Positions 1 to 12,272 of a stretch of 64,000 nucleotides of DNA are shown here, one piece after another. Positions within the stretch are counted from its first letter, which is position 1. Each line of letters begins with the position of its first letter. The stretch spans positions 11,842,001-11,906,000 of the forward strand of contig NC_043001.1 in assembly GCF_006345805.1 (NCBI RefSeq), written 5' to 3'. The position numbers were made by a program, and so were the translations under genes. A model generated the notes under the pieces. It saw only the letters and a list, made by a program, of their open reading frames with translations, searched no databases and was not told the origin of the DNA. Origin of the DNA: Octopus sinensis. Taxonomy: Eukaryota.

Positions 1-990
1 TAAGTCGTGGGTCTGTGGTTTACGTGTGTGTATTTTGTGTGTGAATGTTTAGGTTAGGGGGATTGCTATATAGGTTTGTTATAGAGTTTAGGAAAGGGAG
101 ATTTTATCGTTATATGTTTTTAAGAGTTTTGGTTTATCATGGGTTTTTTTAGGGAATTTGTGGTAATTTGTCTATTTTCGATGTTGGTTGTTTTATTACA
201 TTGTTTCATTCATAATTTTTGAGTGGTGTTCGTTTTGCCACGTGAATATTATTTTTAATTCCATTTATTCAATTTCTCCATTCATTATTTTAAAAGATGT
301 TCGTTTCCAGAGCGGTTATACTTTTTATACATATGTTAAGTTCCTTGGTAAAGTAATTTTGTTTGGTGTATATGTTGAGGCTTATATGTACTTGTGGGTG
401 TGTGTGAGTGGGATGGGTGTTTGTATTTGTTATGGGTGTGTGGTTTACGTGTGTGTATTGTGTGTGAATGTATAGGTTAAAGGGATTGCTATATAAGTAT
501 GTTATAGTGTTAGTAAAGGGAGGTTTTATCATTTATGTTTTGTGAGTTTTAGCTTATCATGGTAGTTTTATAAAAGAATCCATTCATAATTTTTGTGTTT
601 ATTTGTCTGTGTGGGGTTGAGTGGGTTTTTGGAGTATATGTTGAGGTTTATATGTATGTATAGGTATGTGTAAGTGGTGTGGGTATTTGTATATGTCGTG
701 GGAGTGTGGTTTACGTGTGTGTATTTGTGTGTGAATGTTTAGGTTAGGGGGATTGCTATATAGGTATGTTATAGAGTTTAGTAAAGGGAGATTTTATCAT
801 TATATGTTTTTATGAGTTTTGGTTTATCATGGTAGGTTTGTTAAGGAATTCGTAGTAATTTGTGTCTATTTGCGATGTCTGTTGTTTTATTGCATTGTTT
901 CATTCATAATTTTTAAGTAGTGTTCGTTTTACCAATTTATTCCATTTCTCCGTTCATAATTTTAAGTGATGTCCGTTTTCTAGAGCGTGA
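1..990. repeat. Degenerate G/T-skewed tandem repeat, about 3 unequal copies
   Basis: The block gtggtttacgtgtgtgta..gtgaatgtttaggttagggggattgctatatagg recurs at ~15, ~440 and ~706, with shared downstream blocks. Confidence 0.8.
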
Positions 991-1404
991 ATGTGGGTTG
1001 TATGTGTGTGTGTGTGGGAGTATGAATAAGTATTGTGTTGAAGTATTTAGCTATTTTATTTATTTATAGTTGCCTAGACGTTTTTATGTGTATGTATAGG
1101 GATATATATATAGGGGTGTGATTTAGTGTATGTAGTTAGATATGGTTATATATAATTAGGTATATGTGTATGGGTGTATATATAGTTTATTATTATATTA
1201 TTATTATTTTTGTTTTGTTTATATTTTATATTTTATATTTAATTGTTGATAGGTTTATTTTAGTATATATTGTTTATATATGATTATATATGGATTATAT
1301 ATAGGTTATATATGGATTATATATTATATTTTTTCATTCATACTTTAATTATTTTAAAATTATTATTTTTATATTTTAAAATATTGATATTTTAGATTGG
1401 AAGT

Positions 1405-1447
1405 CCACCTGAAGATTGTCGATCAAGACAAGAAACAATTGTAGTGG
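1405..1447 (+). ncRNA. Minimal type I hammerhead ribozyme upstream of a Penelope-like ORF
   Basis: Stem I ccac/gtgg; core CTGAAGA 1409-1415; stem II ttgtc-gatcaa-gacaa; GAAAC 1432-1436; palindromic stem III ACAATTGT; GUA triplet. Confidence 0.85.
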
Positions 1448-1681
1448 CGGTTTTTTTTGACTATTTATTAAAATTTTATGTATTGATTAAGTCTTTCCTT
1501 GTTTGTTTTGCAAAATAGTGGTTTTGTCTCTAATAATATTTTATAATATTTTACTATAAAATTGGATTTAATCCTAAATCTGATTTTTTCCCTGTAAATT
1601 TGGATTTATTCCCTAATATTTATTATTTATATAATATTGATAATTTTGTATATTGAGTGTAATACCTCAATTTCGTAAATT

Positions 1682-4198
1682 ATGGATTTTACAGGTAAGA
1701 TAGAACCGCTGTTTTGGGATTCATCTTTGAAAGATATTCCTATTCCTTCTAGAAAGGAATTTATCTTGAAACTTGTTAATAATGTTAAAGATTTTATTTC
1801 TAGAATTAAATGGAAAGCTTTTTACTATAATTTTTATTTATTTAATGATATTGATAGTAGGAATGATAATTTTACCTCTAAATTTAAATCTAGAAAGGAA
1901 CCTCCATTTAATAAAGAATTACAATTACTTGAAGATAGTATATGGAAGGTGGTAAAAAATATTGAATTCCATAAATACCCAAATAGAAATAATGAATATT
2001 TAAGGAATTTAGCAATTAAAATTAAAGATATGAGAATATGGATGGTATTATAGTACAATCTGATAAAACAAGGAACCTATATAAATTAGATGTTAAATTA
2101 TATGATAAACTATTAGGAAAAGAAATAATTAAAAAATATAAAATTGTTCCAGATGATATTCTTTATAATATTAATAAGGCCTCTAAAGTAGTAATGTTAA
2201 AATATGAGTTGGATAATAAAACTGAACCTTCTGTACCTTTGCACCCCAGAATTACTCTTAAAGACCATAAAGATAATTTTTATTCAGACCCTAAAGTTAG
2301 ATTAATTTGCCCATGTAAATCGGACCTAGGTAAATAAGTAAATTTATTTTAGATAAATATATTGATAAGTTAAATAAACTTAATTATTTAAAATTATGGT
2401 TTAGTAATAATAATACATTGAAATGGTTTAATAATATTAAAGATAAAAATCGTTATAAATTTATTCAAATAGATATAGATAATTATTATTCTTCTATTAA
2501 TGAAATTGTGTTTAATAAAGCGCTTATTTTCGCAATGAATAAAGTGGGTATGTCACGGGAAGAAGTTAATGTAATTAAAATGGCTAGGAAATCGCTAATT
2601 AAATATAAAAATAAATTATGGGCTAGGAATGATACTAGAGATTGTTTTGATATACCTATGGGAGCACCAGATTCTGCACAGGCTACTGATTTAGTAGGTA
2701 TTTTTCTTTTATCTGAACTCCAATTAGAAAATCTTAACATAGAGGGTGGTTTATATAGAGACGATCTTCTACTAGTTACAAAGAATTGTACTAATAGGAA
2801 TCTAGAAGTATATAAGAAAAAACTTTATAGTTTCTTTAAAAGATATGGTTTAAGTATTACTATATATAAGGAGAATTATAATGTTAATTATTTAGATGTT
2901 AATTTTAATCTTATTACAGGTAAAACACAACCATATCATAAACTTAATGAGAACCTTAGATATATAAATGTTAATAGTAATCACCCATTTTCTATTAAAA
3001 AATCGTTGATTAATAATATAAGTAAACGTATTTCATTACTCTCTTATGATATAGAGATTTTTAATAAACATGCTAATTATTATAATGAGGCCCTTAGAGG
3101 GGCAGGTTATAATAGGAATATTAAATTTTATAATATCAGTGATAAAGATTTAATTGATAATTTTCGAGATACTTCTAATAATAATTATAATTTTGTTAGG
3201 TTTAGTGGTAAAAATAATAGACATTATAAAAAAAATAATAAAAATGATAAAAATATAAATAAGAATAATAATAATAATAATAAATATAATAATAATAATA
3301 ATATAAATAAGAATAATAAAAATAAAAATAAATTTAATAATTATTATAATAATTATATTGATAAAATTAATAATATTAATAATTCCTTAAATGCTGTACA
3401 TAGATATAATTTTGATAATAATTTTAATAAAATAAAGAATTATAAATATATTTATAATAATGATAATAATAATAAGGTTATTAAGAATAAAATATGGTTA
3501 ATAGTTTCTTATGGAGATCAAGTAAAAACGAATATTATTAAAGAGATTTTAGATGTTATAGAACTATTTATTAGAGATAATCGTAAATATAGAAACATTT
3601 TCTCTTTTAATAATTTTGGAGTTGGTTATCCTACCACTAATAATGTTGGTAACATTATTTCTTCATTTAATAAATATAAACTGAATAATTTTTATAAAAA
3701 GAAATTATTTGATAATAATATTAATAATGATAAGACTTATATAATTGTACATGTAGAGATAAATCTAATTGTATATTAAATAATAATTGTGATATTAACG
3801 ATGTAGTGTATAAATGTATAGTTACATTACATGATAATAACTTTAAGAATAATAATTACCCAAAAGCGGTTTATATAGGTTCTACTTCCTCAAAAATAAA
3901 ACTAAGAATCGCACAACATATGAATTCTTTTAAAAATAAAAACTTAATCAACTCAACCGGACTTAGTAAGTACATTTGGAGTCTTAAATCACTAAATATT
4001 AATTATAGTTTAATTTGGGAAATAATTGGTAAAACTAAATCATATACTATAGGAGCTAATTGTTGTTATCTATGCTCTAATGAGTTTAAAGAAATTTTAT
4101 TTTATAAGTATGATAATTTACTTAATACTGGTGAAGAGCGCAAAATAAAATGCAGACATAAGTTACTTTACCTATATAATAAGTTTCATGATAAATAG
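1682..4198 (+). mobile_element. Penelope-like retroelement ORF (RT + C-terminal GIY-YIG endonuclease), Hydra-clade-like, split by three -1 frameshifts
   Basis: The ORF pieces read collinearly: SLKDIPIPS..KWKAF, DKTRNLY, PKVRLICPCKSDLG, IDIDNYYSSI, GIPMG-like DIPMGAPDS, YRDD, YLDVNF, NSNHP, CTCRDKSNC, VYKC..VYIGST, CYLC, KCRH. Confidence 0.9.
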
Positions 4199-4854
4199 CA
4201 ATAATAGTTCCCTATTAGGTTACTTTAGTTTAGTTTAAATTAGTTTAGATAATATATTTTTTGGTTATGTAGTCTAGGCTTTAATTATAGTTAGTCTTTA
4301 TTGATATTTCTTTGTTTTAATTAATTCATTTTTAATGTATATTAATATAACAGTTTATGGTATGTTAAAACTTTAATAATTTATATTAGATTTTTTATTT
4401 TCTTTATTTATATATTTTTTTATTTTTATTTTATTTTATTATGTATTTTTATTATGCATTTGTTATATGTATTTTGGAGGATATATTTATATGTTGATGG
4501 GTGTTATTTAGTGGTGTTTTTATTGAGTTTTGTATGTATGTGTGAATGTTTACGATCCCTTTGTTTTTTGTTTTTTATTTGGTATGTTGAATTGACAGAT
4601 TTTATTTGAGTATTGTCTGTTATAATAAAGTATACACACCCATAACAAATATAAGTGCCCACTTCATTCGCAAATGAAGCAAATGTTTTAAAAGTGTTTA
4701 TGACAAAGGTTCGGTTTCTAAACACTCACTTCTGCTATTTCGGAAATATCATTTACAACATTGTATCCCTGAGATACCATACCATAATTGCACGTCTATG
4801 TATGTAAATGTCTATATTCAAAGTTATTCTGTATCAATGTATGTAAGTGTGTGT

Positions 4855-4859
4855 GCGTA

Positions 4860-4901
<42 letters not shown>

Positions 4902-4957
4902 CTATATATATATATATATATTATATATATATATTATATATTATATATATATATATA

Positions 4958-5006
<49 letters not shown>

Positions 5007-5047
5007 TTATCTCTCTCTCTATATATATATATGTGTGTATATATATA

Positions 5048-5078
<31 letters not shown>

Positions 5079-5130
5079 TATATATGTATGTATTTATCTC
5101 TCTCTCTATATATATATATGTGTGTATATA

Positions 5131-5206
<76 letters not shown>

Positions 5207-5215
5207 ATATATCCT
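4855..5215. repeat. (TA)n/(TG)n compound microsatellite with an internal duplicated unit
   Basis: Long TA runs; gtatgtatttatctctctctctatata occurs twice. Confidence 0.95.
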
Positions 5216-5778
5216 TGGTTCTATTTTACAGTGTTTAAACATATTTCTTATTTGTGAATAAAAAATCGTTTTGGATGTTTTAGCTTCCTATAACAGGAAA
5301 TGGTTTTAGGATGAGAGATTCTGTCAGACAGTAGCTTTATTAATACGTACACCATCATAAAATTGCTGTTTCTTTTTCTCCGAGTCAAGTTATGGGCTAC
5401 GAATAGCTGTCATTCATTCATCGACGTACATTAAATTTCTATTAACTCCCATCATGAATGACAAGATTATAACACTTATGATCTTTAAGTGTTATCTAAA
5501 AGTTATATTGAGCGTCAAATGATCTTATAAACATTTTGGAAAGGTGACTCCAGCTAAGAATAAATCAATGTATATATCCACACTACTTGTTATGATATAG
5601 AAACTACGTTATTTCCGTTTCTCTTTTCAATTTTCACTCCTTTCACTTTTATCTACGACTTCAGTCAGAATTAACTTTCATAGCAGCGAAGAGATATGCT
5701 GTTTTCTTATAAATGCATTCTCCACAAACTCGAAGGAAACTTTGTATATTTAAGAATATGAAATTCATTCGTAATATA

Positions 5779-6261
5779 TATTTCTTTATTACCCACAAGG
5801 GGCTAAACACAGAAGAGACAAACAACGACAGACAAACGGATAAAGTCGATTATATCGACACCAGTGCGTAACTGGTACTTAATTTATCAACCCCGAAAGG
5901 ATAAAAGGCAAATTCGACCTCGGCGGAATTTGAACTCAGAACGTAGCGGCAGACGAAAATACGGCTACGCCTTTCGCCCGGCATGCTAACGTTTCTGATT
6001 TTTAAAAAAAATTTTATTTATTAAATATATATTTCTTTACTACTCATAAGGGGCTAAACATAGAGAGGACAAACAAGGACAGACAAAGGGATTAAGTCGA
6101 TTATATCGACCCCAGTGCGAAGCTGTTACTTTATTTATCGACCCCGAAAGGATGAAAGACAAAGTCAACCTCGGCGGAATTTGAACTCAGAACGTAGCGG
6201 CAGACGAAAATACGGCTACGCCTTTCGCTCGGCGTGCTAACGTTTCTGCCAGCTTGCCGCC
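5779..6261 (-). mobile_element. SINE-A (tRNA head + Meta-like core), tandem pair
   Basis: Reverse complement reads ggcggcgagctggcagaaacgttagc..gagttcaaattccgccgaggtcgactttgcctttcatcctttcggggtcgataaa; flanked by a ttcgtaatat direct repeat. Confidence 0.9.
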
Positions 6262-6408
6262 TTATTCCTTCGTAATATTCGATACGGATATTCCTTGATT
6301 TAAAACCCAGTGAAATATGGAGACTTCGTATTTGGAGCCTTTGTATTTCTTATTCTAGTTGTTGATATGATTTCAATCCACCTCAGAAACTCTGCGTTTA
6401 TTGCTAAA

Positions 6409-6780
6409 CTAGCAGTATCGCCCGGCGTTGCTCAGGTTTGTAAGGGAAATAACTATAAAGCATTTTTAGAGAGTTATAGCCCCAAAATAGCAAAAAATGA
6501 TGGTAAATTTTTTTTTTAGTTAAAAAAGGTGGAGTTGCGTCCCCTAGACAGTTTGCGGTTTGTGTTTCTGATTCTCGACCCCATGTCGAATTTATCGATT
6601 TTTTTCAGAACTGGGGGGACTTTTCAAAATTTTCGCTGCGTTAGTTTTGAATTATGACATTGGGCTATGTGTGTGTCAAGTTTCATCAGAATCGGTTGAA
6701 AGCCGTGGTCAGGGTGAGGGTACAAGCAAACAGATACACAGAAACACGCACAGACAAACTGCCGTTTATATAGAGAGAGA
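6409..6780 (-). mobile_element. Non-autonomous Helitron
   Basis: On the minus strand: 5' TC(TC)TATATAAA start, 3' hairpin gagcaacgccgggc then CTAG followed by T. Its 5' ~250 bp match 39785-40030. Confidence 0.85.
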
Positions 6781-7671
6781 TGATCAGATTATAATTTACA
6801 GCTGTTTCTTACAAGATAACGAAAATACTGATGGCTTTGGTCATATATCTCTTTTGAAAGTGCTTTCTTTGTTCTTATCAATATCTAACACAAATGCTTA
6901 TTCAGTTCTTAACATTAGAGACAATCTTGCTGAATGCTTTTAGTTTGTCGTAAATGTTAAAGAGAAAAATGAAAAAAAGAAGGAAAAAAAATGTAAAGCA
7001 TTTTCTAATTGAACGTTATTTTCTTCATCGTATGACGATCGGCGCATTGAATAACACTCACTCCAGTATGGCGGATATATCTAAATGCTTCTAATGATAG
7101 AAAATATTTATCAAAGAACAGAACTACTTTCAGCTGAATGTTAGTGCAAATCTATTGTCATTAACTTATTAGAAAGTTGAACAAAAGAGCGAAGTCTTAT
7201 AGGAGGAAGGAAGAAGAGAAAAAAAAAGATCCTGCTTAGTTGCTTAGTGCCAAAAGTTCTGCAAAATATAGCGGATAATATCTCTTAGAAAAGAATGATT
7301 TCTCTTTGAAGTATTATAAATGGTGTAGTAAATTCATTATGGAAGTATATATATTACTCGATGATCGTTCGCTTAATCTTACAAAGGCAGAAGAGATATT
7401 TCATATGAACAATATAAGATAATGATGAAGTGAAATAACATCATGACTAAAGTCTGCGAGTTGGTGTACTGGCAAAGGGAAAATCGAGAATTGTGAAGTG
7501 AACATAGCGTGTATGCTCATATATATGTAAAGGCCAGTAAATAAGTAATGAGACGTTTCCTGGTAGTAAAAAAATTACTGCAAGTCATTTAGAAGGTTTT
7601 CTGTCACTCCAAAGCACAGATAACGTTTAATATTGCTTTCAAAGTTTGGTACTAGGCCAGCAATTTCGGGT

Positions 7672-8063
7672 ATGCGTGTTAGTCGATTACATCAATGCCA
7701 GTATTCAGTGGCATATATTTTATCAACTCCTAAATGATGAAAGGCGAAGTCGATCTCGACGTAATGTCAACTTAAAACGCAAAGACGTTCAAAATTCGGC
7801 GAAGTATTTTGCTCGGCAAGTTAACGATTCTTATTTCTTTATTGACCACAATGGGCTAAACACAGAGGGGACAAACAAGGACAGACAAAGGGATTAAGTC
7901 GATTACATCGACCCCAGTGCGTAACTGGTACTTAATTTATCGACCCCCGAAAGGATGAAAGGCAAAGTCGACCTCGGCGGAATTTGAACTCAGAACGTAA
8001 CGGCAGACGAAATACCGCTAAGCATTTCACCCGGCATGCTAACGATTCTGCCAGCTCGCCGCC
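7672..8063 (-). mobile_element. SINE-A, full copy (7832-8063) plus degenerate partial copy
   Basis: Same consensus as 5779-6261. Confidence 0.85.
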
Positions 8064-8803
8064 TATAGTCACAGGAAATCACGTTAACGACTCTGCCATC
8101 TCACTGACTTACTCAGAACATTTAATATTAATTTTTTTTAAATTCTCTACATGGAAACATGTGTATATAATAACGTGAATTTTTAGAACACCGTGCATCT
8201 TGTTCTAAGCTCTAATGCATATTTTGTAACATCTAATATGAAATATTCAAACTTCAATATTCAGAATAAAGGTGAGAGTATGTATGTTCCAAATTGTAAG
8301 ACATTGTTTTCCATGTAACTGTATCTTTTCAAAGGAACAAACACCAGTCATTGAACTTTTTATGTTGCATATTAATTAACAATTCGCGAAAAATGACTGC
8401 AGCTAGTTGAAAGTGCAATGTTTCATCGGTTAATTAAAATCATTATATAACCGCAGACATGATTGTGAGGTAAGATCTTTGCCACCTGACTGCTCGTTCA
8501 ATCCCACAGTGTGGCACCTGCCGCAATTGTCTTCTATTTATAGTCGCGGGCCGATTAAAGATTTTTGAGATGGAAATCTGAAAGACACTTGCCACAGGAA
8601 TAAATGAATAAATAAATAAATAATTATGTGCGTGCTTATGTGTATGTATGTATGTATGTATTTGAACTGGCAGGAGACCCAAATTAGACAAATAAGTACG
8701 AGCTTTCCTGTGACTATAGAATCTATGACTCTCATTCCTAGAAATGCATGAGGCTCTTTCGGCTTTTGAATTTCAATTACTTATATATATATATATATAT
8801 ATA

Positions 8804-9109
8804 TCACGTGATTACGTGACCGACCAGTCCATCAGATGTAGTTACACATCGCTGGTCACAATGCGTTCGCATTGTTTTAGCCTTCGAATGACGCCACCCC
8901 GCTGGCTAAGCGAGCAGGCCAACAGAAGAAAGAGTGAGAGAAAGAGTGGTGAAAGGGTACAGCAGGGATCACCACCCCCAGCTGGAGCCTCGTGGAGCTT
9001 TTTAGGTGTTTTCGCTCAATAAACACTCACAACGCTCGGTCTGGGAATCGAAACCGCGATCCTACGACCGCGAGTCCGCTGCCCTAACCACTGGGCCATT
9101 GCGCCTCCA
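8804..9109 (-). mobile_element. SINE-C, tail variant A
   Basis: tRNA-like head ggaggcgcaatggcccagtggttagggcagc..ggtttcgattccc; tail ending gtcacgtgatcacgtga. Confidence 0.9.
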
Positions 9110-9126
9110 CACACACACACACACAC

Positions 9127-9183
<57 letters not shown>

Positions 9184-9227
9184 TATATATATTGCTGCTA
9201 TTACAACCAACAGTCACTTCCACCACC

Positions 9228-9270
<43 letters not shown>

Positions 9271-9540
9271 TTACTACTACTACTACTGCTACTACTACTA
9301 CTACTACTACTACTACTTTAGCCAATGAACTATTGCTACAACTCCATCCACCACGGTCACTACTACTACTACGATCGACAGTCTCTTCCCCTGCTATTGC
9401 TACTACTGCTACGCCCAAAGAAATGCTGCTACAACTCCAACCACCACCACCACCACGGTCACTACTACTACTACGATAAACGGTCTCTGCTACTACTGCT
9501 ATTACGACCAACGGTCAATTTCACGATTACAGCCAACGAT
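9110..9540. repeat. (CA)n, (TA)n, (ACC)n and (ACT)n microsatellites plus a short degenerate minisatellite
   Basis: Visible runs; ccaccacggtcactactactactacgat occurs twice. Confidence 0.9.
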
Positions 9541-9780
9541 TCTTGTCAACGCATAAGATAGACATTAAGCTCTCCCCACAAAACTCCACAACGTTGACAC
9601 TGTTGAGACTAGTAAGAAATAATTACGAACTTTTTATTACACTTAACTTTAAAAAAAAATTTTGTTAAGGTTCGTTTGTTCAAGAAGAACAGAAACATGT
9701 TAAATCTCAAAGAAAATTAATATTTATCTTATACAGTGGCGTTTTACAGCTTCTTTTTTAAATATACATATATTTATATA

Positions 9781-9945
9781 GGCGCTGGAGTGGCCGTGCG
9801 GTAAGTAGCTTGCTAACCAACCACATGGTTCCGGGTTCAGTCCCACTGCGTGGCATCTTGGGCAAGTGTCTTCTGCTATAGCCCCGGGCCGACCAATGCC
9901 TTGTGAGTGGATTTGGTAGACGGAAACTGAAAGAAGCCTGTCGTA

Positions 9946-9988
<43 letters not shown>

Positions 9989-10283
9989 CGGGAAGCTTTA
10001 TGAAAATAGACAAAGACGAAGGCAGGTTTACGGAAATAAACAAAAGACATATATATGTATGCGTGTGTGTCTGTGTGTCTGTGTTTGTCCCCCTAGCATT
10101 GCTTGACAACCGATGCCGGTGTGTTTACGTCCCCGTCACCTAGCAGTTCGGCAAAAGAGACCGATAGAATAAGTACTGGGCTTACAAAGAATAAGTCTCG
10201 GGGTCGATTTGCGCGACTAAAGGCGGTGCTCCAGCATGGCCGCAGTCAAATGACTGAAACAAGTAAAAGAGTAAAAGAGTTAA
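9781..10283 (+). mobile_element. SINE-B (tRNA head, CORE-like block, RTE-like tail, internal microsatellite, second module)
   Basis: ggcgcaggagtggc..ggttcagtccc..cttgggcaagtgtctt..gtgagtggatttggtagacggaaactg..(TA)n..gactgaaacaagtaaaagag. Confidence 0.9.
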
Positions 10284-10375
10284 AGAGATATATATATATA
10301 TTAAAATTTCTAAGTCTCTCTAAAGGAGACTACGTTAGCGGTACTGGATATTAATAGTTATCGCCAAGCCAATAT

Positions 10376-10690
10376 GGCAAAGTCGACCTCGGCAGAATTT
10401 GAACTCAAAACGCAAAGACAGACGAAATAATGCCAAGCATTTCACCCACCTTCCTAACGTTTATTGCTTCTTTATTGCCCACAAGGGGTTAAACATAGTG
10501 GGGACAAAAGTGACAGACAAAGTGATTAAGTCGATTACATCGACTCCAGTGCGTAAGTGGTACTTTATTTATCGGACCCGAAAGGATGAAAGGCAAAGTC
10601 GACCTGGGCGGAATTTGAACTCAAAACGTAGCGGCAGGCGAAATACCGCTAAACATTTCTCCCGGCGCGCTAATGTTTCTGCAGCTCGCT
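10376..10690 (-). mobile_element. SINE-A, degenerate full copy plus partial copy
   Basis: Matches the SINE-A consensus. Confidence 0.8.
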
Positions 10691-10873
10691 GTCTTACACG
10701 TAACACACATTAACAAAATAATGAGGGGAAGCTTGTAGGCATGACAACGTATAAGAGAAATACGCTAAAACAATTGGAAAAATACCTAAACCCGTTCCTG
10801 CATAGCAAATGCTGTTGCTTTCATTTCGTTTACCTAAGACAGTGTGTATAATTATGAATAAAAAAATAATAAA

Positions 10874-11124
10874 TGCGCCCTTTTTTTCAAAGCCTTGCCA
10901 GGCCCATGGGCCGGTTTCCCGGTTTCAACGGCGTATGCGCTCCCCAGCTGGACGGGACGCCAGTCCATCGCAGTTTTACTCATTTTTGCCAGCTGAGTGG
11001 ACTGGAGCAACGTGAAAATGAAGTGTTTTGCTCGAGAACACAACACATCGCGTGGTCCAGGAATCGAAACCACAATCTTATGATCATGATGCCGATGCCC
11101 TAACCAATGAGCCACGCGCCTCCA
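10874..11124 (-). mobile_element. SINE-D (tRNA head + CORE-like + V-domain-like)
   Basis: Reverse complement contains an A/B-box head, gagcaaaacacttcattttcacgttgctccagtccactcagctg and ctgcgatggactggcgtcccgtccag. Confidence 0.8.
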
Positions 11125-11667
11125 TATAATTAGGTATAGATATCCATTTCACAAAATTTCCGTCGATCAAAAAGTATCAACGCGGCAAAGTAAGACATTG
11201 TACGATTATTATGTCAGTTTATATTGCCGGTTTAAATTCAGACAGAATCTGTTCCAAGTTTAATCCAATTGTAGTTTTGCATTGAACTTCTTGCAAGTTG
11301 GAAGCCAGTAGGTAATTAATTACAGATTCTTCTAGCAATTTACTACGACTGCGTGTCACATACATTGTGTTGTTAACCCCCAAAGCTGTCTGTAATCTTT
11401 GGCATCGTTTTTCATACTGAACGCTTTATGAATGACCTTTGCTGGACTTTGTTTTAACTGTCAATAATTTCGCCAACAGATTATGCAATTCATGTTGAAA
11501 GAAAGAAAACTTGCATTTCGAATCATTTAAACAACTTAGAGTTATGAATATTAGCAACACTAGAATTTTGACACTCAAAAGTCGTCTTATCCATAGAAAA
11601 GAATTTCTCATGAAGCTTCAAAGAATTTGAATTGCATCTGCTTTTTCAACTCCCCAAGTAGGGTTAA

Positions 11668-11837
11668 CACAATTTCCAAGCCATTTTATTTCGATAACAC
11701 CTCCGTTTCTTCTTTAAAGTTACACTGTTATCAGTTACGAAGTATTAACCACTACGTCACGGGCATATAGTATAGTGGTTAAGAGCGCGGGCTACTAACT
11801 GCAATATTCCGAGTTCGATTCCACACAGTGACCTGAT
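11668..11837 (+). repeat. Interspersed repeat with an internal tRNA-like A/B-box segment
   Basis: A-box-like tagtatagtgg and B box GTTCGATTC; inverted homolog at 13738-13906. Confidence 0.75.
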
Positions 11838-11863
11838 TAACAATAATAATTAATTACAGATTC

Positions 11864-12272
11864 GGACTTTTTCGGTTCGAACGGCAGTTTTTAACATAAT
11901 TTCTAGGTAACTAAAAAATTTTAAACTTCGTATACTGGTAGAATGTGTTTATAAAACATCTTTTTCTCTTGGCTTTATTGAGAAAATTCTATAGTTCGTA
12001 AGATATTTGTTGTTTTTTTTTCTTCAATTTATGCAATTTCAACCAATCAGTGACGTCTGTTGAGTTAAAAAACATTCTGTGCCGTATGAATATATCCATC
12101 GTTTAAGAAACAGATTGAGTTTATTTACATTTGTGAAGAAAAAATATACCCTTCCCTCACCCCTAACCCTAAAAGAAATTGAAATGCAATAGATCGATTC
12201 TAGGGTCATAATTATGGGTGACAATTTCATATGACACCGCTAGAAAAATCTGCCGTCAAACCGAAAAGATCC
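11864..12272. mobile_element. MITE with terminal inverted repeats and an 8-bp TSD
   Basis: TIRs ggactttttcggttcgaacggcagttttt / aaaaatctgccgtcaaaccgaaaagatcc; TSD acagattc (11856-11863) / acagcttc (12273-12280). Confidence 0.8.

Noticed and set aside
1682-4198. Selenocysteine-recoded (Naiad-type) Penelope element
   Set aside because: The endonuclease is C-terminal, and the breaks are frameshifts, not in-frame UGA codons, in the segments I translated.
4788-5261. Long YIYI/ICVC-type ORFs here and at ~9.0, 21.0, 37.9, 45.5, 47.2, 48.4, 50.1 and 54.1 kb
   Set aside because: They are translations of (TA)n, (TG)n, (GATA)n and trinucleotide microsatellites, not genes.
8804-9109. tRNA genes at SINE heads
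   Set aside because: A/B boxes are present, but they continue into SINE bodies in many copies and lack a full cloverleaf.
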